The notes beneath the pieces were generated by a model. It had not been told where the DNA came from. It ran no database searches and saw only the letters and a list, made by a program, of their open reading frames with translations. A stretch of DNA of 63,109 bases, filler included, from Octopus bimaculoides (taxonomy: Eukaryota): assembly GCF_001194135.2 (NCBI RefSeq). It is 6 parts of 5 records of this genome, joined end to end, with 100 filler letters (N's around TTAATTAATTAA, not from the genome) between each part and the next. Parts side by side here need not be neighbours in the genome. Positions count along the whole stretch, not along the records: positions 1 to 14,078 come from NC_068997.1; 5 more parts are not named here. One strand, given 5' to 3'. Of the stretch, positions 1-13,800 are shown piece after piece. How positions within the stretch are numbered: the first letter of the stretch is position 1; every line of letters begins with the position of its first letter. Both the position numbers and the translations under genes were made by a program.

Positions 1-49
<49 letters not shown>

Positions 50-81
50 TAATGTAGAGAGACACAGATGGACATAGAGGG

Positions 82-117
<36 letters not shown>
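1..117. repeat. (AT)n and (GACA)n microsatellites
   Basis: Directly visible: (AT)n at 1-46 and (CAGA)n at ~79-117. Confidence 0.95.
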
Positions 118-118
<1 letters not shown>

Positions 119-771
119 TGGAAGACAGCACATCGATCGTTTTAACAGCAAGACATGGTTCTTGTGCATTTTCATACCAAACGTTCCGAAGAATCTCCCA
201 GTTTTCTCCCTGTCATGTTTTGAGCCCTATTATTCACATCAATTATAACTGCTTTAGACGGCATATTTTCTTACCTTACAAGCAGCTACCTAAAAATATA
301 CACGGTGAATGTCACTTCTTTACAGATGAGAGCCATCTCTTCATTAAGTAAATGCCGTCCTGAGATCTCATACGACTAGCAAGTCCAGTGTTGGACAGAC
401 AGACGACCCTACTACAGATGTTAGAAACATTTTCAGTCTGAAGAATGTCTAGGATTGAAGTCAAGGCCTATTTCCGAAGTGCTCGTTCCAGATTATCACA
501 CTAAAATGCGAACTCATTGATGATCTGGCTATGTACACCCCTGTAGGGAGCTTACTTCCCTTGTCAATCATTAAGATAGTACATTCCGTGGATCTTTTCC
601 TTTCGCCGGCACATAGAAAAAATAATTTTTTGTAACTAAACGCTTACAAATTACGTATACTGGTAGAATGTGTCATTTAAAACATCATTTACTCTTGGCG
701 TTTTTAAGAAAATTCTTTATTTTCGAAGTTATTTCGTGTTAAAGTAAGTTATCGTATTTCGGTAATTTCAA

Positions 772-1654
772 CAGATGGCAGCACGAACAAATGGCAGCAC
801 GAACAAATGGCAGCACCTGGTTGCGTGTGCAATGAGAGCTAGCAGTGACCTTCATAAGGCATTGTGCCGAGTGACATTGCTGTGTTTACTTCGCAAGTTG
901 TGAAATTTGTAATTTTGTGATCACGTGTATGCTGTAGTCTACAGTTTTTATCATGGACAGGAATTTGGAACAAAGAGCCAACGTGAAATTTGGCGTAAAA
1001 CCTGGGAAGTCTGCTACAGAGACATTGAACATTCTTTGGCAACCTTACGGCGACGAGGCAATGGCTCGTACGCAATGTTTCGAGTATCATAGGCGCTTCA
1101 AAAGCGGAAGAGCGTCCCTGGGAACGATGAATGAGCTGGAAGACTTGTCATGAGTGTAACCCTTGGAAATGTGGTATTGTGCGTCTAGAATTCATCCCCA
1201 AGGGCCAAACCATCAAATGAGAGTTCTACTGCAAGCGTTTGAGGGAGGACATTCGGCGAAAGCGACCGGATCTGTAGAGCACGAAGAATTTGGTTTCTTC
1301 ACTGAGCTCTCCTTACTCGCGAGATTCTCGTCAAAAACAACATGGTATCGCTTCCGCACTCACTCTGCTCGCCAGATTTTGCACCTACGGACTTCCATCT
1401 TTTCCGTAAGATGAAAATGCACCTCAAAGGTCGCCGTTGTAACACTCTTGTCGAGGTCCAGAGCGAATCGCAGAAGGTCCTCGACCAGCTTACGGAAAAT
1501 GACTTCCAGGCCGGCTTCGAAAAGTGGTAGGAACGCTGGGACCGGTGTATTGCTGCGCAAGGTGACTATTTCGAAGGAGTTGATGTTAAAACTTACGTAA
1601 ATAAGTTATTTTTTATTTAACATAACTAGTCCGCAGACCATTGATACTACCTCG
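772..1654 (+). mobile_element. Mariner DNA transposon, 5'-truncated and internally deleted
   Basis: ORF 953-1153 (MDRNLEQRANVKF...TQCFEYHRRFKSGR) is a mariner N-terminal HTH region. ORF 1342-1530 (LPHSLCSPDFAPTDFHLF..MKMHLKGRR) matches the mariner YSPDLAPSDF motif, followed by ERWDRCIAAQGDYFEG. The right end reads ...GATACTACCTCG|TA. No matching left TIR was found. Confidence 0.9.
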
Positions 1655-1724
<70 letters not shown>

Positions 1725-1770
1725 CATAAACATATATACATATAGATAGATAGATAGATAGATAGATTAG
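1655..1770. repeat. Compound (TA)n/(GT)n/(GATA)n microsatellite
   Basis: Directly visible. Confidence 0.95.
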
Positions 1771-1794
1771 TATATGCATGGATATATCAAAATC

Positions 1795-2410
1795 TATAGA
1801 CTGAAGAAGTCGTAGATGCACAGCAATAGACACAACCAGCTGCTCCCGTCTTTCTTTTCCTTTTGTTACCCAACCCACATGTTTTGCACCATCTTCGTCT
1901 TTGTCCATTTCTTGATGTAGTTCCACAACCCATTCGTGAACTTCTCATTCCTCTTTCACCGTAATTTCTCCGTGTATGACCATATTCGCTTGTTATACGT
2001 TGTCATGGCGTTCAAACTACTTTATCTTCCTCCTTTTTACAATTGTCAGAAGATTTCCTTGGTTCTCTCTCTTTCCAACAATTCTTTTCCTAAACCTCTC
2101 GTTAGTTCGATATTTCAGATATGAAATGTGATGCTTCTTTCTACGTTTGTTTTCAAAAGCCTTGATTTTCTTTTTTTAGTAGTGGGAGGTGGGCTCTTAA
2201 AAGAACGAGACTTTGCTGAATTTGTAATCTTTTTTTTTTATATATATATTTTCCAATGGTGTTTCATTTCTCTAAAGTTGTTGAAGCTACTAAAATCCGA
2301 CATTGTATTCCGTTCTTTGATCTTACGTCTTCCATTATAGTTCTCCACGATTATTTAAATTCATTAAGTTCTTTTAGTGACTTGTCTACCATTTCTATTC
2401 GATTGACTAT
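1795..2410 (-). mobile_element. Decayed RTE-clade LINE, 3' part of ORF
   Basis: Minus-strand translation through stops and frameshifts gives KKIKAFENKRRKKHHISYLKYRTNE...NLLTIVKRRKIK*FERH, resembling the RTE C-terminal IQAFE.KCLR...ISY.EH.TN...LL.TVKRRKL.WFGH region. Confidence 0.65.
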
Positions 2411-2922
2411 TTTTTTTATATATGTTCTTACTAGTTATCATTAATTTGATTCCTTTTTTTTCCGGCATTAACTTCCATTCCGTATTTCCATGCAGTTGTA
2501 CCAGAACGTATTCTTAATTCTCTAAATTCCTTTCTGTATTGTACTTTTAAGTCAATATCATAGGGAAAACGAAGTTTACAGACTTCTCTACTTCTTAATT
2601 TAAAATTTCCTTGAAAAGAATCAGAAGTTTCCATCATTATATATTCTAGAAACACATTGAAAAGGTTTCGTATAAAAAGTACTCCTTTGTCTGACATCAA
2701 CTGTTGTTTTTAATCCGGTTATTTGATGAATAACCGACCAAAACCAACCATATTGTGGAATGTTTATATGACTATGTAACTTTTACTCATGGTAAGCTAA
2801 TGTATTTTAACATAACAATCCATACTTCCTACATCTCATTTACTTAGAAACATTTATTTAAAAGGCAACGAAATCAGGATAACCGCTTCACTACAGTTCC
2901 AACTATTTTTCTGTTGTAATAT

Positions 2923-3138
2923 CGGTTTTAAATTTCGGCACAGGGTCAGCAGTTGTGAGAAAGGGTTCAAATCGATTACATCGACCCCAGTGCTTATCTG
3001 GTACTTGTTTTATCGACCTCGAAAGGATGAAAGGCAAAGTCGACCTCAGTGGCATTTGAACTCAAGAACGTACAGACGGTCGAAGTTCCGCTAAGCATTT
3101 TGACCAGTGTGATAACGATTTTGCCAGTTCACTGTCCT
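2923..3138 (-). mobile_element. tRNA-derived SINE, family B
   Basis: Reverse complement of the family-B consensus (GAGTTCAAAT B-box, GTCGACTTTGCCTTTCATCCTTTCGGGGTCGATAAA core) that recurs many times in the window. Confidence 0.85.
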
Positions 3139-3169
3139 CAATCTCTGTTGTAATATCAATGTTAAGAGC

Positions 3170-3600
3170 AAGGCGGTGAGATGGCCGAATCGTTACCGCG
3201 CTGGACAAAATGCTAAGTGGCATTTCGTTCTGAACTTTACGTTCTGAGTTCAAATTCCGCCGAAGTTGACTTTGCCTTTTATACTTTCGAGGTCGATAAA
3301 ATAAGTACCAGTTGAGCATTGGGATCGATGAAATCGACTTACCCATCCATCAAACTTGCTGGCTTCGTGCCAGAATTTGAAACCAATATTAACGTTAGTA
3401 AAGTCGGTGAGCCAGCAGAATCATTAGCCCGCCGGACAAAATACTTAGCGATACTTCATCCGTCTTTATGTTCTGAGTTTAAATTCTGTCGAGGCCAACT
3501 TTAAGGGTCAGTAAACCAAGTACCAGGTGAGCACTGGGTTCAATGTAACCGATTTCTCCACCCTTTAAGATTTTGACTTTGTGCCAAATTAAGAAAAGAA
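3170..3600 (+). mobile_element. tRNA-derived SINE family B, one copy plus an adjacent diverged copy
   Basis: GGCGGTGAGATGGCCGAATCGTTA head, GAGTTCAAATTCC B-box and the family core at 3170-3385; a second, diverged head and core at ~3400-3600. Confidence 0.85.
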
Positions 3601-4032
3601 TATTAAAGTTAAGGATATGTCCAGCAATGACCCTTCGGTCTTAATCATACTTGAAAAAGTGAAACATATTAAAACCATGTTTTGGATGGTTAATTAAACC
3701 ACCATATTTACTCGTGTATAAGTCGTCGCACCGCTAGTTTAGTGTTAAATCTTCGTAAGAAATGTTTTTCCTTTCACATTCAAACCTTGTCCTGCGTATT
3801 AGCTTTTGACAGTTAAAAATCAAGTACAGCATAGTACGAGATACACGCGAGGGAATACGTTAATTGTCTATGAACCACAAAACATGCAAGAGCAATCTCT
3901 TATGTTTTCATCCGTACAAAGAGAATGACAAGATGTATTCACATCTGTTTAAAGTATCACATTGAAAGGCCTAAAGACTGAAGTTTAACAACTTCGAATT
4001 GCTTTTGGGTTGCATGTGTCTCTGTGTGTATA

Positions 4033-4927
4033 CGAGGTCTAATCAATAAGTATCCGGACTTTTGCCATAGTTACGAAGCTAAAACATCCAGAGTGAAGCC
4101 GCTGGGCAAAGATTGACCTTAAACTTTATTGTGCGTGCACACTAAGTTTTAGCGTTCTATCTCACTTCTGCCGTTTACAGCAGTGCTTGGAATGTAGGTC
4201 TGTAGCGTGTGATCATCGCATTGACCATAACAGAGAAAGATGTCATGGCGATACCTGCTCAGAGGCCTACGCAAGGTTTCAGAAAGTGTATAGGGAGGAG
4301 TGTATGAGCCGCACACAAGTGTACGAGTGGTGCAGATGTTTCCAAGATGGCCGAAAAAATGTCGACATTGAAGAACGTTCTGGGAGACCCGCAACCAACA
4401 AAACTTAGAAAGACATCGTAGACGTGTGTGCAGCTGCGAGGCGAAATCACCGAATCACCATCCGTAAGTTATCAGAGGATGTGCAGATTAGTTATGGTTC
4501 AGTTCAGTCCATTATTAATGAAGATTTGGGCATGAGACGCGTGTCTGCCAAGTTTGTACCAAAACTGCTATCAGCTGACGAAATAGATACTGGGGTTTCG
4601 GTTGCACAAGATCTCCTTAATTGTGTCGAGAACGAGGAAAGCTTTTTGAAAACTTTGCGCAGGCCTCTTAGCAAGTATCCTCAAGCTTTTTGCAAAATAT
4701 GATGCAAATTGTCTGCTCAACTTTCCCTGCCATGGTCAATGCGATAATCACACGCTACACACTTTCCTTCAAGGCACTGCTTTAAACAGTGGAAGTGAGT
4801 TAGTGCGGTAAAGCTTAGTGCGCATGCACAGCAGCGCTCAAGGTCAATCTGTGCCAAGCGGTTTAACACTGCGTGTTTTAGCTTCGTTACTATGGCAACA
4901 GTCCGGATATATATTGATCATACAACG
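4033..4927 (+). mobile_element. Mariner derivative with two left ends (long inverted arms), TA-flanked
   Basis: TA|CGAGGTCTAATCAATAAGTATCCGGACT left end; transposase remnants (DTCSEAYARFQKVYREECMSRTQVYEWCRCFQDGR...SGRP and LGMRRVSAKFVPKLLS); 4660-4927 is a diverged reverse complement of the first ~270 bp, ending CAACG|TA. Confidence 0.85.
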
Positions 4928-4984
4928 TATGTGTATGCGTGTGCGTGTGCATGCGAGTATGTGTGTATACGTGTTTGTAAATAT

Positions 4985-5060
4985 TAGGAAGCTATATGCA
5001 TACATGCATACATACATACATACATACATACATACATGCGTACATGCATGTAAGCATACA
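4985..5060. repeat. (TACA)n microsatellite
   Basis: Directly visible. Confidence 0.9.
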
Positions 5061-5104
5061 TACATACAGACATGATCGAAATGATCGTAGAACAATATGT
5101 GAAA

Positions 5105-5200
5105 TGAGGTGTTTTCCTTAGGAACACAATGCACCAAAAATCGAACCCACAATCTCGCGATCTTGAGTACAACGTCTTACCCAGCTAAGCCACGCGCCCT
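5105..5200 (-). mobile_element. tRNA-like SINE head, family C, truncated
   Basis: Minus strand reads GAGGGCGCGTGGCTTAGCTGG (A-box)...GTGGGTTCGATTT (B-box)...TGTGTTCCTAAGGAAAACAC. Confidence 0.65.
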
Positions 5201-5276
5201 CAACATACATACACATATATAGACATGCATGTGTGTGCCAACACGCGCGCACGAGTGTATGTGTGTGTGTATGTGT

Positions 5277-5333
<57 letters not shown>

Positions 5334-5399
5334 TAGTATTTAAGATGCTGACCTACTAAATTATCTACAAATCTTATGGGACATTAGTGAAAAACACTA

Positions 5400-5512
5400 A
5401 TGTGGCTTTGGTCGGCCTGAGCCTATAGTAGATGCCCAAGGTGCCACACAGTGGGACTGAACCCAGAACCATGTGGTTGGGAAGCAAACGTCTTACCACA
5501 CAGCAGTGGTTC
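5400..5512 (-). mobile_element. SINE family A, 5' fragment
   Basis: Reverse complement of the family-A head (GCTGTGTGGTAAG...GGTTCAGTCCCACTG...CTACTATAG). Confidence 0.8.
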
Positions 5513-5544
5513 TGCCTATATGTATTTATATTTCTGTATGTAAC

Positions 5545-5609
<65 letters not shown>

Positions 5610-6039
5610 GAAAGAGAAAGACAGACAGACAGACAATGTGTGTATGTATGTGCGTGTGAAGTCGTAAGCGGGAGAGAGGAAAGAAACATAGATAGTAAGA
5701 GGGGGGGGGAGAATGAAAGTAGATACACTAGAAGCGTAAGCCAGAGACAGAGAGAGAGAGAGATCTGCATTCTGGCGGAAGGTATAATGTTTACCGAGAT
5801 GCTTAGTAATAGTCTTTACTAACTACTAAGAAATCATAATGAATAACAGACTATGGAGTAATTGCAATTGTGTATATGTGTCTGTGGTACATATGTGTGT
5901 ACAAATGTGTATGGGGGAAGGGGGTGCGTGTGTGTATGTGCGTGTGCGTGCGTCTTCATTGGTAAATAAATGAATGGAGATATTGATAGATAGAAAGAGA
6001 GACAGACTCACTAACAGATTCACAGACACACAGACAGAC

Positions 6040-6110
<71 letters not shown>

Positions 6111-6166
6111 GAATTATTGCTGTCTGTGTACAACATCCCCCATACACACACACACATACACACACC

Positions 6167-6202
<36 letters not shown>

Positions 6203-6975
6203 TTCATTGAAAATTTCATTATTATTTTGTCTTTCGTTTCTTCCAATTATATAAATGGATATGGATAAACGTTCCGCTTCACAGTCTTCTACAGTCTTCC
6301 TTTCTTTCTTTCTTTCTTTCTNNNNNNNNNNNNNNNNNNNNNNNNNNNNNNNNNNNNNNNNNNNNNNNNNNNNNNNNNNNNNNNNNNNNNNNNNNNNNNN
6401 NNNNNNNNNNNNNNNNNNNNNNNNNNNNNNNNNNNNNNNNNNNNNNNNNNNNNNNNNNNNNNNNNNNNNNNNNNNNNNNNNNNNNNNNNNNNNNNNNNNN
6501 NNNNNNNNNNNNNNNNNNNNNNNNNNNNNNNNNNNNNNNNNNNNNNNNNNNNNNNNNNNNNNNNNNNNNNNNNNNNNNNNNNNNNNNNNNNNNNNNNNNN
6601 NNNNNNNNNNNNNNNNNNNNNNNNNNNNNNNNNNNNNNNNNNNNNNNNNNNNNNNNNNNNNNNNNNNNNNNNNNNNNNNNNNNNNNNNNNNNNNNNNNNN
6701 NNNNNNNNNNNNNNNNNNNNNNNNNNNNNNNNNNNNNNNNNNNNNNNNNNNNNNNNNNNNNNNNNNNNNNNNNNNNNNNNNNNNNNNNNNNNNNNNNNNN
6801 NNNNNNNNNNNNNNNNNNNNNNNNNNNNNNNNNNNNNNNNNNNNNNNNNNNNNNNNNNNNNNNNNNNNNNNNNNNNNNNNNNNNNNNNNNNNNNNNNNNN
6901 NNNNNNNNNNNNNNNNNNNNNNNNNNNNNNNNNNNNNNNNNNNNNNNNNNNNNNNNNNNNNNNNNNNNNNNNNNN

Positions 6976-7049
<74 letters not shown>

Positions 7050-7236
7050 CCTATACATATACACATATATTCATAATTATAATCATTATTATCTTCATTA
7101 TCGTCATCATTATTACCATTTTCATTATCAGTGTAATCATTATAGTCATATGAATAAGCTTTATACATCCATGTTGATATAGCCATATATGTGTGTGTAT
7201 ACACACACGCATACACACACATATATGCATACACAC

Positions 7237-7286
<50 letters not shown>

Positions 7287-7519
7287 ATCTGTTCAGTATT
7301 ATCAAGTTTATTAAAGGGGAAAGTTAGAAAGCATTGATATCCAATTTTTGGTCTGCTGTAATGTCGGAGGTCTGAAATGAATAATAAATTGATAATTCTT
7401 ATACTACGGAAGCAAAAAGGGGACTGAATTGATTTTAATGAACTTTGCCAGTCTATATTTTAGATGATGCATGCACCAGTAAATAGATGTATTTATGTAT
7501 AGTTGTGTATGGCTCTACA

Positions 7520-7554
<35 letters not shown>

Positions 7555-7626
7555 GTACATACATATGTTTATATTTAAGTATGCACGCATGTTTATGTTT
7601 GGGTATGAGTGCATATTAGATATGAA

Positions 7627-7693
<67 letters not shown>

Positions 7694-8586
7694 ATGGGTA
7701 ATTATGTTATGTATACACTTTATATATCATTATATGTATATACATGTGTATGTATTTATACGTATATGTGTGCATTTAGAATTTATGCATGTATGTCTGT
7801 GTGCATAGATGAATTTATTTATATAAGTATGTTATACATATGTGTATGCGCTTTTTATGCGTTTTTTTTTGTTTGCATTTGTATGTTACCTTGTATGAAT
7901 TATTAATTAATTTATGGATCTTAGATAGATATTTGTACGTGTATGTATGAATTATACATTATAAATATATACATTATAATGATATTTATATACATTTATG
8001 TGCATGCATAAATATATGTATGTATACGCTCATATACATGCTTGTAGGTTTGTGAGCATGTATCTATATACACACTTATGTATGTGTGTATATGTATATA
8101 TATATATANNNNNNNNNNNNNNNNNNNNNNNNNNNNNNNNNNNNNNNNNNNNNNNNNNNNNNNNNNNNNNNNNNNNNNNNNNNNNNNNNNNNNNNNNNNN
8201 NNNNNNNNNNNNNNNNNNNNNNNNNNNNNNNNNNNNNNNNNNNNNNNNNNNNNNNNNNNNNNNNNNNNNNNNNNNNNNNNNNNNNNNNNNNNNNNNNNNN
8301 NNNNNNNNNNNNNNNNNNNNNNNNNNNNNNNNNNNNNNNNNNNNNNNNNNNNNNNNNNNNNNNNNNNNNNNNNNNNNNNNNNNNNNNNNNNNNNNNNNNN
8401 NNNNNNNNNNNNNNNNNNNNNNNNNNNNNNNNNNNNNNNNNNNNNNNNNNNNNNNNNNNNNNNNNNNNNNNNNNNNNNNNNNNNNNNNNNNNNNNNNNNN
8501 NNNNNNNNNNNNNNNNNNNNNNNNNNNNNNNNNNNNNNNNNNNNNNNNNNNNNNNNNNNNNNNNNNNNNNNNNNNNNNNNNNNNNN

Positions 8587-8629
<43 letters not shown>

Positions 8630-8671
8630 TACATACTTATATATATAGATAAATATTTAGATATATGTATG

Positions 8672-8711
<40 letters not shown>

Positions 8712-8899
8712 ATAAAGGCCTAAAGACATATCACAATTCCTGTAAGCATATTTGCAACCATATGTGATAGAATTTATCTTAAGGTACATGCCTTAATATG
8801 TAAAAAAAATTCTATACATTAGCACTCATAAGCACTCACATATATGTATGTGCGTATGTACTTATATTAGTACACCTGTACGCAAAATAATGCCCGTTA

Positions 8900-9720
8900 G
8901 TATTTTGGAATCGGTTGGCTTCAAAGCCATATTGCTTTGATTCATCATAGTGCGTTTGTTTGGTTCTTTACCAACATCATTTCTTTCGTATGTTGGCTAT
9001 ATCCTAAACCTAGCTATACTAGACTTACTTTATACTTTTTCGGAAAGTTACTACTGCCATAGTGTAGATTAATTGTCTAATTTACTAAGGACGATGAATC
9101 TTAGCTATTTTGCCTATCGTTATTGTTTTGCAGAATTTGCTTTGTATTGAACTCTCATTTTTCTTCTTTGCCTTTCAGTGTTCCTTTCAACAATTTGTAC
9201 AATTTCCTCTGCAACCACTGTCTACTCCTGTCACATACCGATGGAATGGTGCTACTGGTTGCCACTGTTAGAGCAGGGTACATTTAATCGTTTGCATTTA
9301 ATACTGAGCTGTTTCTCTGACCATTTCCCCCAAAGATTTGGCTGATGCTACACTTGAAACTGAGGTTTTCTTTCTTTGGTTTTTTGCTGTATCAGTTGGT
9401 CTTTTCGTATTTTCGTTTCTAGTTTTCTTATCCCGTCTTTTTAGAATCTCTGAGATTATTCTTACTACAACAAACATAGTAACTAGGCTTTTTGCATTGT
9501 ATTATCAATCTCTTGCCCTTCTCCTCGACTCATTCAACTGGCACAATCCCAGTATGGGTTTGTGGCTTTCGGGTGCCATTATCCTCTTTAATGCATACTG
9601 ATCACGTCACTTCTCATTGGCCCTTCCATTCAAAAACGATGGCTAATCACGGATCTACACCGTGTCTGATGCCTCTTATCGTCAGTCTTATATTTCCATG
9701 CCCCATGTATTAGGGTACAA
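8900..9720 (-). mobile_element. Possible strongly decayed R4/Dong-type LINE N-terminal region
   Basis: Purine-rich minus strand with only faint peptide similarity (e.g. KIAKIHR, ISQI) to the R4/Dong N-terminal region; weak. Confidence 0.3.
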
Positions 9721-10556
9721 ATGGTGGTATGTCTAACAATTTCTGGCTGTGTTTTAACTGGAGCTTCAGTTTTGAATGTATCGCAAATCCATTTTTCGGA
9801 TGAAAGAATTTCTCCAGAGATATTTTGAAGTAACTGTTGTAATTTTATAGTGGTTTAGGAGAATTAAAGTCCAGTGCCATTTTGCTAAAACAGATAATGT
9901 AATTTTTCTTGTTGCTTCCTTTTTAAAGCTTCAGTGGCAAAAACAATTACTGTTTTGTCTAAGAAAAGTTTCGCCACAACTTTTCTTGGAACTGAACTAA
10001 ATCTGAAAGTTCTTTCTTGTTTGTTAACATAGATACTATATGAGCGATTTAAAGGGCAAATGCTACCACTGTTGTTGTTATTGCTGCAGCTGTTGTGGTT
10101 GTTGTTACGTTGTTGATATAACTGTCTTCAAAATTTCCTGTTAGACTATTTGAAACATTTTTATGTATTAACTATCTATTTAAATATTCCGTTATTTTCC
10201 TTTTGGTTCATTTTTTTTTTTTTTTCATGTTTCTCTGTTGCTGTTTTCTCTTCGTTAGCGGCTGTATTGTTTTTCTGCGTACTACATCCTAGGTGGTCAT
10301 TTTGAAAAGGAAAATGTCGTGCATGTAAATAAATGGGAAAAATCTGTAAAACCAAACATTTTTTTTTTTTTACTAGCCTACATTCGGGTATCGGAGACAG
10401 GCTTTACTTTGAGTATTATATTCGTTTTTAGCAAGTACTCTGAGAAAAAAAATCATATTGGTAAAACTATAAATAGGATTTATCCTGGGAGCAAAATAAA
10501 CACATGGGTTTATGCTCCGATAATCAATACTACAAATAATATTAACGATAAGAAGA

Positions 10557-10557
<1 letters not shown>

Positions 10558-10644
<87 letters not shown>

Positions 10645-10738
10645 CACATATATATTCATATATATATATATATATGAATACACACACACATATAAACTTA
10701 TGTATATATGTATGTATGCATGCATGCCTGTATGTATG

Positions 10739-10772
<34 letters not shown>

Positions 10773-10800
10773 TGTATGTATGTTTGTGTGTGTGTATGTA
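10558..10800. repeat. Long (AT)n followed by (TATG)n
   Basis: Directly visible. Confidence 0.95.
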
Positions 10801-11052
10801 TGTGTGCATGTATAAGCAAACACCTACACATACCCAAATACAAACGCATTAGATATGTGTGCCCGAGTACACATGTATGTTTGGATGTATTTTCCATGCC
10901 TAATATTCACGCTCGAGTTGACGCATGGTATGAGTCCACGTGTATGTGCGTATTGTAAGATCATCGGCACGCGCACGATTCTGAAAATGAACAGTGACCT
11001 CTGGCAAACAAATAAGATATCAAAGTACAACTAAATATTATACGTATGTGTG

Positions 11053-11125
<73 letters not shown>

Positions 11126-11144
11126 GTGTGTATATGTATGTGTA

Positions 11145-11201
<57 letters not shown>

Positions 11202-11280
11202 AGATTACTAGATAGATGGACTGATAGACAGACAGACAGACAGACAGACACATACATACATGCATACATACATACATACA

Positions 11281-11311
<31 letters not shown>

Positions 11312-11655
11312 GAGTAGGCTTAGGCTTTTATATATATGCGTATGCATTTGTTTGTGTCTGTGTGTCTGAGAGAGACACAGGGGGGAGGGATTGTCTTCAT
11401 ATGTGGATAGAGGAAGAAGCATGTACATATTTCTATATTTTTGATTGGGAGAAATACAGGATAACTCAAGTACTGGGAGTTTCGTTCTTGCCACTTGATA
11501 AGTACTATACACGAAACTTTCAGCCTTTGAGTCACTTTGTAACTCTTGCCGATCAAAAGTATATATAATACATACGCATATTTTATGTTCTATGTTTTCT
11601 GTTTTTACTGACAAACCTCTGCATGTACATATACACATATATGAATGAATACATT

Positions 11656-12025
11656 CAAGAATGGCTGTATGGTAAGAAGTTTGCTTACCAACCACATAGT
11701 TCCGGGTTCAGTTCCTCTGCGTGACACCTTGGGTAAGTGTCTTTCTATCATAGCCTCGGACAGAACAAAGCCTTGTGAGTGGATTTGATAGACGGAAACT
11801 GAAAGAAGCGCTGTGTACGCGCGCACGTGTATTTATTTGTCCACCACCACCGCTTGACAACAGCTGTTGGTGTAACTTAGCAGCTCGGCAAAAAGAGACA
11901 GATACAATAAGTACCAAGCTCAAAAATGGCACTGGGGTCGATTCATTCGACTAAAATTCTATACGGCGATGCCCCAGCATGGCCGCAGTCTAATGACTGA
12001 AACAAGTAAAAGACGAAAAGAAAAG
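11656..12025 (+). mobile_element. tRNA-derived SINE family A, full length, diverged
   Basis: TGGCTGTATGGTAAG A-box, GGGTTCAGTTCC B-box and the 3' tail CCAGCATGGCCGCAGTCTAATGACTGAAACAAGTAAAAGA shared with other copies. Confidence 0.9.
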
Positions 12026-13614
12026 AAATATGCAAACACTTATCACATGTAAGGGTGTGTGTGTGTGCGTAAGTGAGAGAGAAGGAGTGTGTGTCTGTGT
12101 GTGACATGTGTGTGCATTTGTGCGCATGCGTTTAGGTGGCTGTAGCTTCCAGATATGTTCGTGTGTGAGTGCGTGTGTGACCGTTTTTATAATCGTGCGA
12201 AAATGTTAAGTGCAGACTTGCGTTAAAAGTGTGTAGAGTGTTATAATTGTGTTCTGGTAAACTAGATTCTTTCTTCATACCTTAAGGCTTCGTACGATTA
12301 ATGCTAGTCAACCGAAGGACCGCTGAAATAAATGTGTAAATCTTAGAGAGGAATATATGTTGAATAAAATCATAAGTAACTGATCGTCCTGTGTGCTCAG
12401 TTGTGTTAGTAAAAGTCTAGTCGACAATCTGGAGAAGCTACGATTTTCAGGCAAAGAGATATACCGGCCAATACGAACTTTGCTGGTATAATCTATAAGT
12501 AGAACAGTAAAAATGTGCAAGACTTTCTAGAAGTTCGATATGTAACAAAAATCATTGTTGTCAACCAACTCCAATAATTTAGTTCCAGAGAAATACTAAT
12601 CAATAGAAAGAAAAATACATATTACATGCATACACACATTCACACATATATGCATATATATACATTTATACATACATACATACATACATTAATACATACA
12701 CATACGTGAATATTTGTGTGTATGCGCGTGTTTGTGTGTGTGCATGCATGCATGTGTGTGTGTGTGTGTGTGTGCGTGTGTGTGCGTGTGTGTTTTAGGG
12801 GTTTCATTCGTGACTGTGTTCATAACCAGACTTCATCTACAAGGGTCTTAATCAATTATTTGTATCGATCCCAGTACCTATTCTGGATTGGTAAAAATTT
12901 AATTGCATTTATCCTATCGAATCGTTAAGAAAAAGTGATGGTTTTAGACTTGTAAGCATAAGAAAAAACACTGAAATAGGCATACATGTGCGCACATAAC
13001 ACACACACACGCATCTTTCTATCTAGACTGGGATTTACGGTATAATTTTTAACTCTGAGATTAACATATTTGATCGAAAATTTCAACATGTATGAATATT
13101 TTTCTCCTTAAAGATAAAAAAAAACATCTACATACATACAATTGGTAGCCAGGATTCGCAGAAGAGATTTATGAGGACACAGTTGGGATTATAACCCTTT
13201 TTATGTCTATCAATCTGTGAGTGTATGTGCCTCTGTGTGTTGTGGGGGGGTGTATTTTACTCTCGCAACAGGGTTCTGAATTTTCCATCTACAAAATTCC
13301 AAGATACAAGCGTTAGCTTGTGTGAATGTGTGTGTATGTGTGTGTGTGAAATAGTGTGTGCTTGTGCGTGTGTTAGGATGTGGATACAGTAGTATACGTG
13401 TTTGTGCGTGTAGGTAAGATTGCTGGAATAAACGGATAATAATTGTTTCCTCCTCCTATGCATTCACACAAACACACACACACACATATATTCACGTACG
13501 TATACACATGAAATGAAAACAAAAATAAAATATAAAAATAAACCCAATAAACAATCATAATTACCTCATTTGTAAGTAAATAGGAATCTGATTAAAGGTG
13601 CGTGGAGGCGGAGG

Positions 13615-13712
13615 AAATGTTATTGCTACGACTACTACTACTATGACTACCGCAGCTGCTACTACAACTACTACTACACCATTACTAATATTACTACTAC
13701 TACTACTACTAC

Positions 13713-13748
<36 letters not shown>

Positions 13749-13753
13749 TAATA

Positions 13754-13791
<38 letters not shown>

Positions 13792-13800
13792 AATAATGAT
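13615..13800. repeat. Compound (ACT)n/(AAT)n/(GAT)n trinucleotide tract
   Basis: Directly visible. Confidence 0.95.

Noticed and set aside
300-490. Possible Penelope 3' remnant with CTGAAGA...CCGAAG
   Set aside because: The GAAA box and helices are not intact and the peptide similarity is too weak to support a call.
775-816. Short local tandem duplications (16-bp ATGGCAGCACGAACAA here; 12-bp unit at ~16560-16595; 23-bp unit at ~57700-57747)
   Set aside because: Ordinary slippage duplications with no sign of function.
6020-8710. Long ORFs in the track (422 aa, 325 aa, 309 aa etc.) and [12 protein letters not shown]/poly-S/N/L/M ORFs throughout
   Set aside because: They read through N gaps or are translations of microsatellites; no coding evidence.
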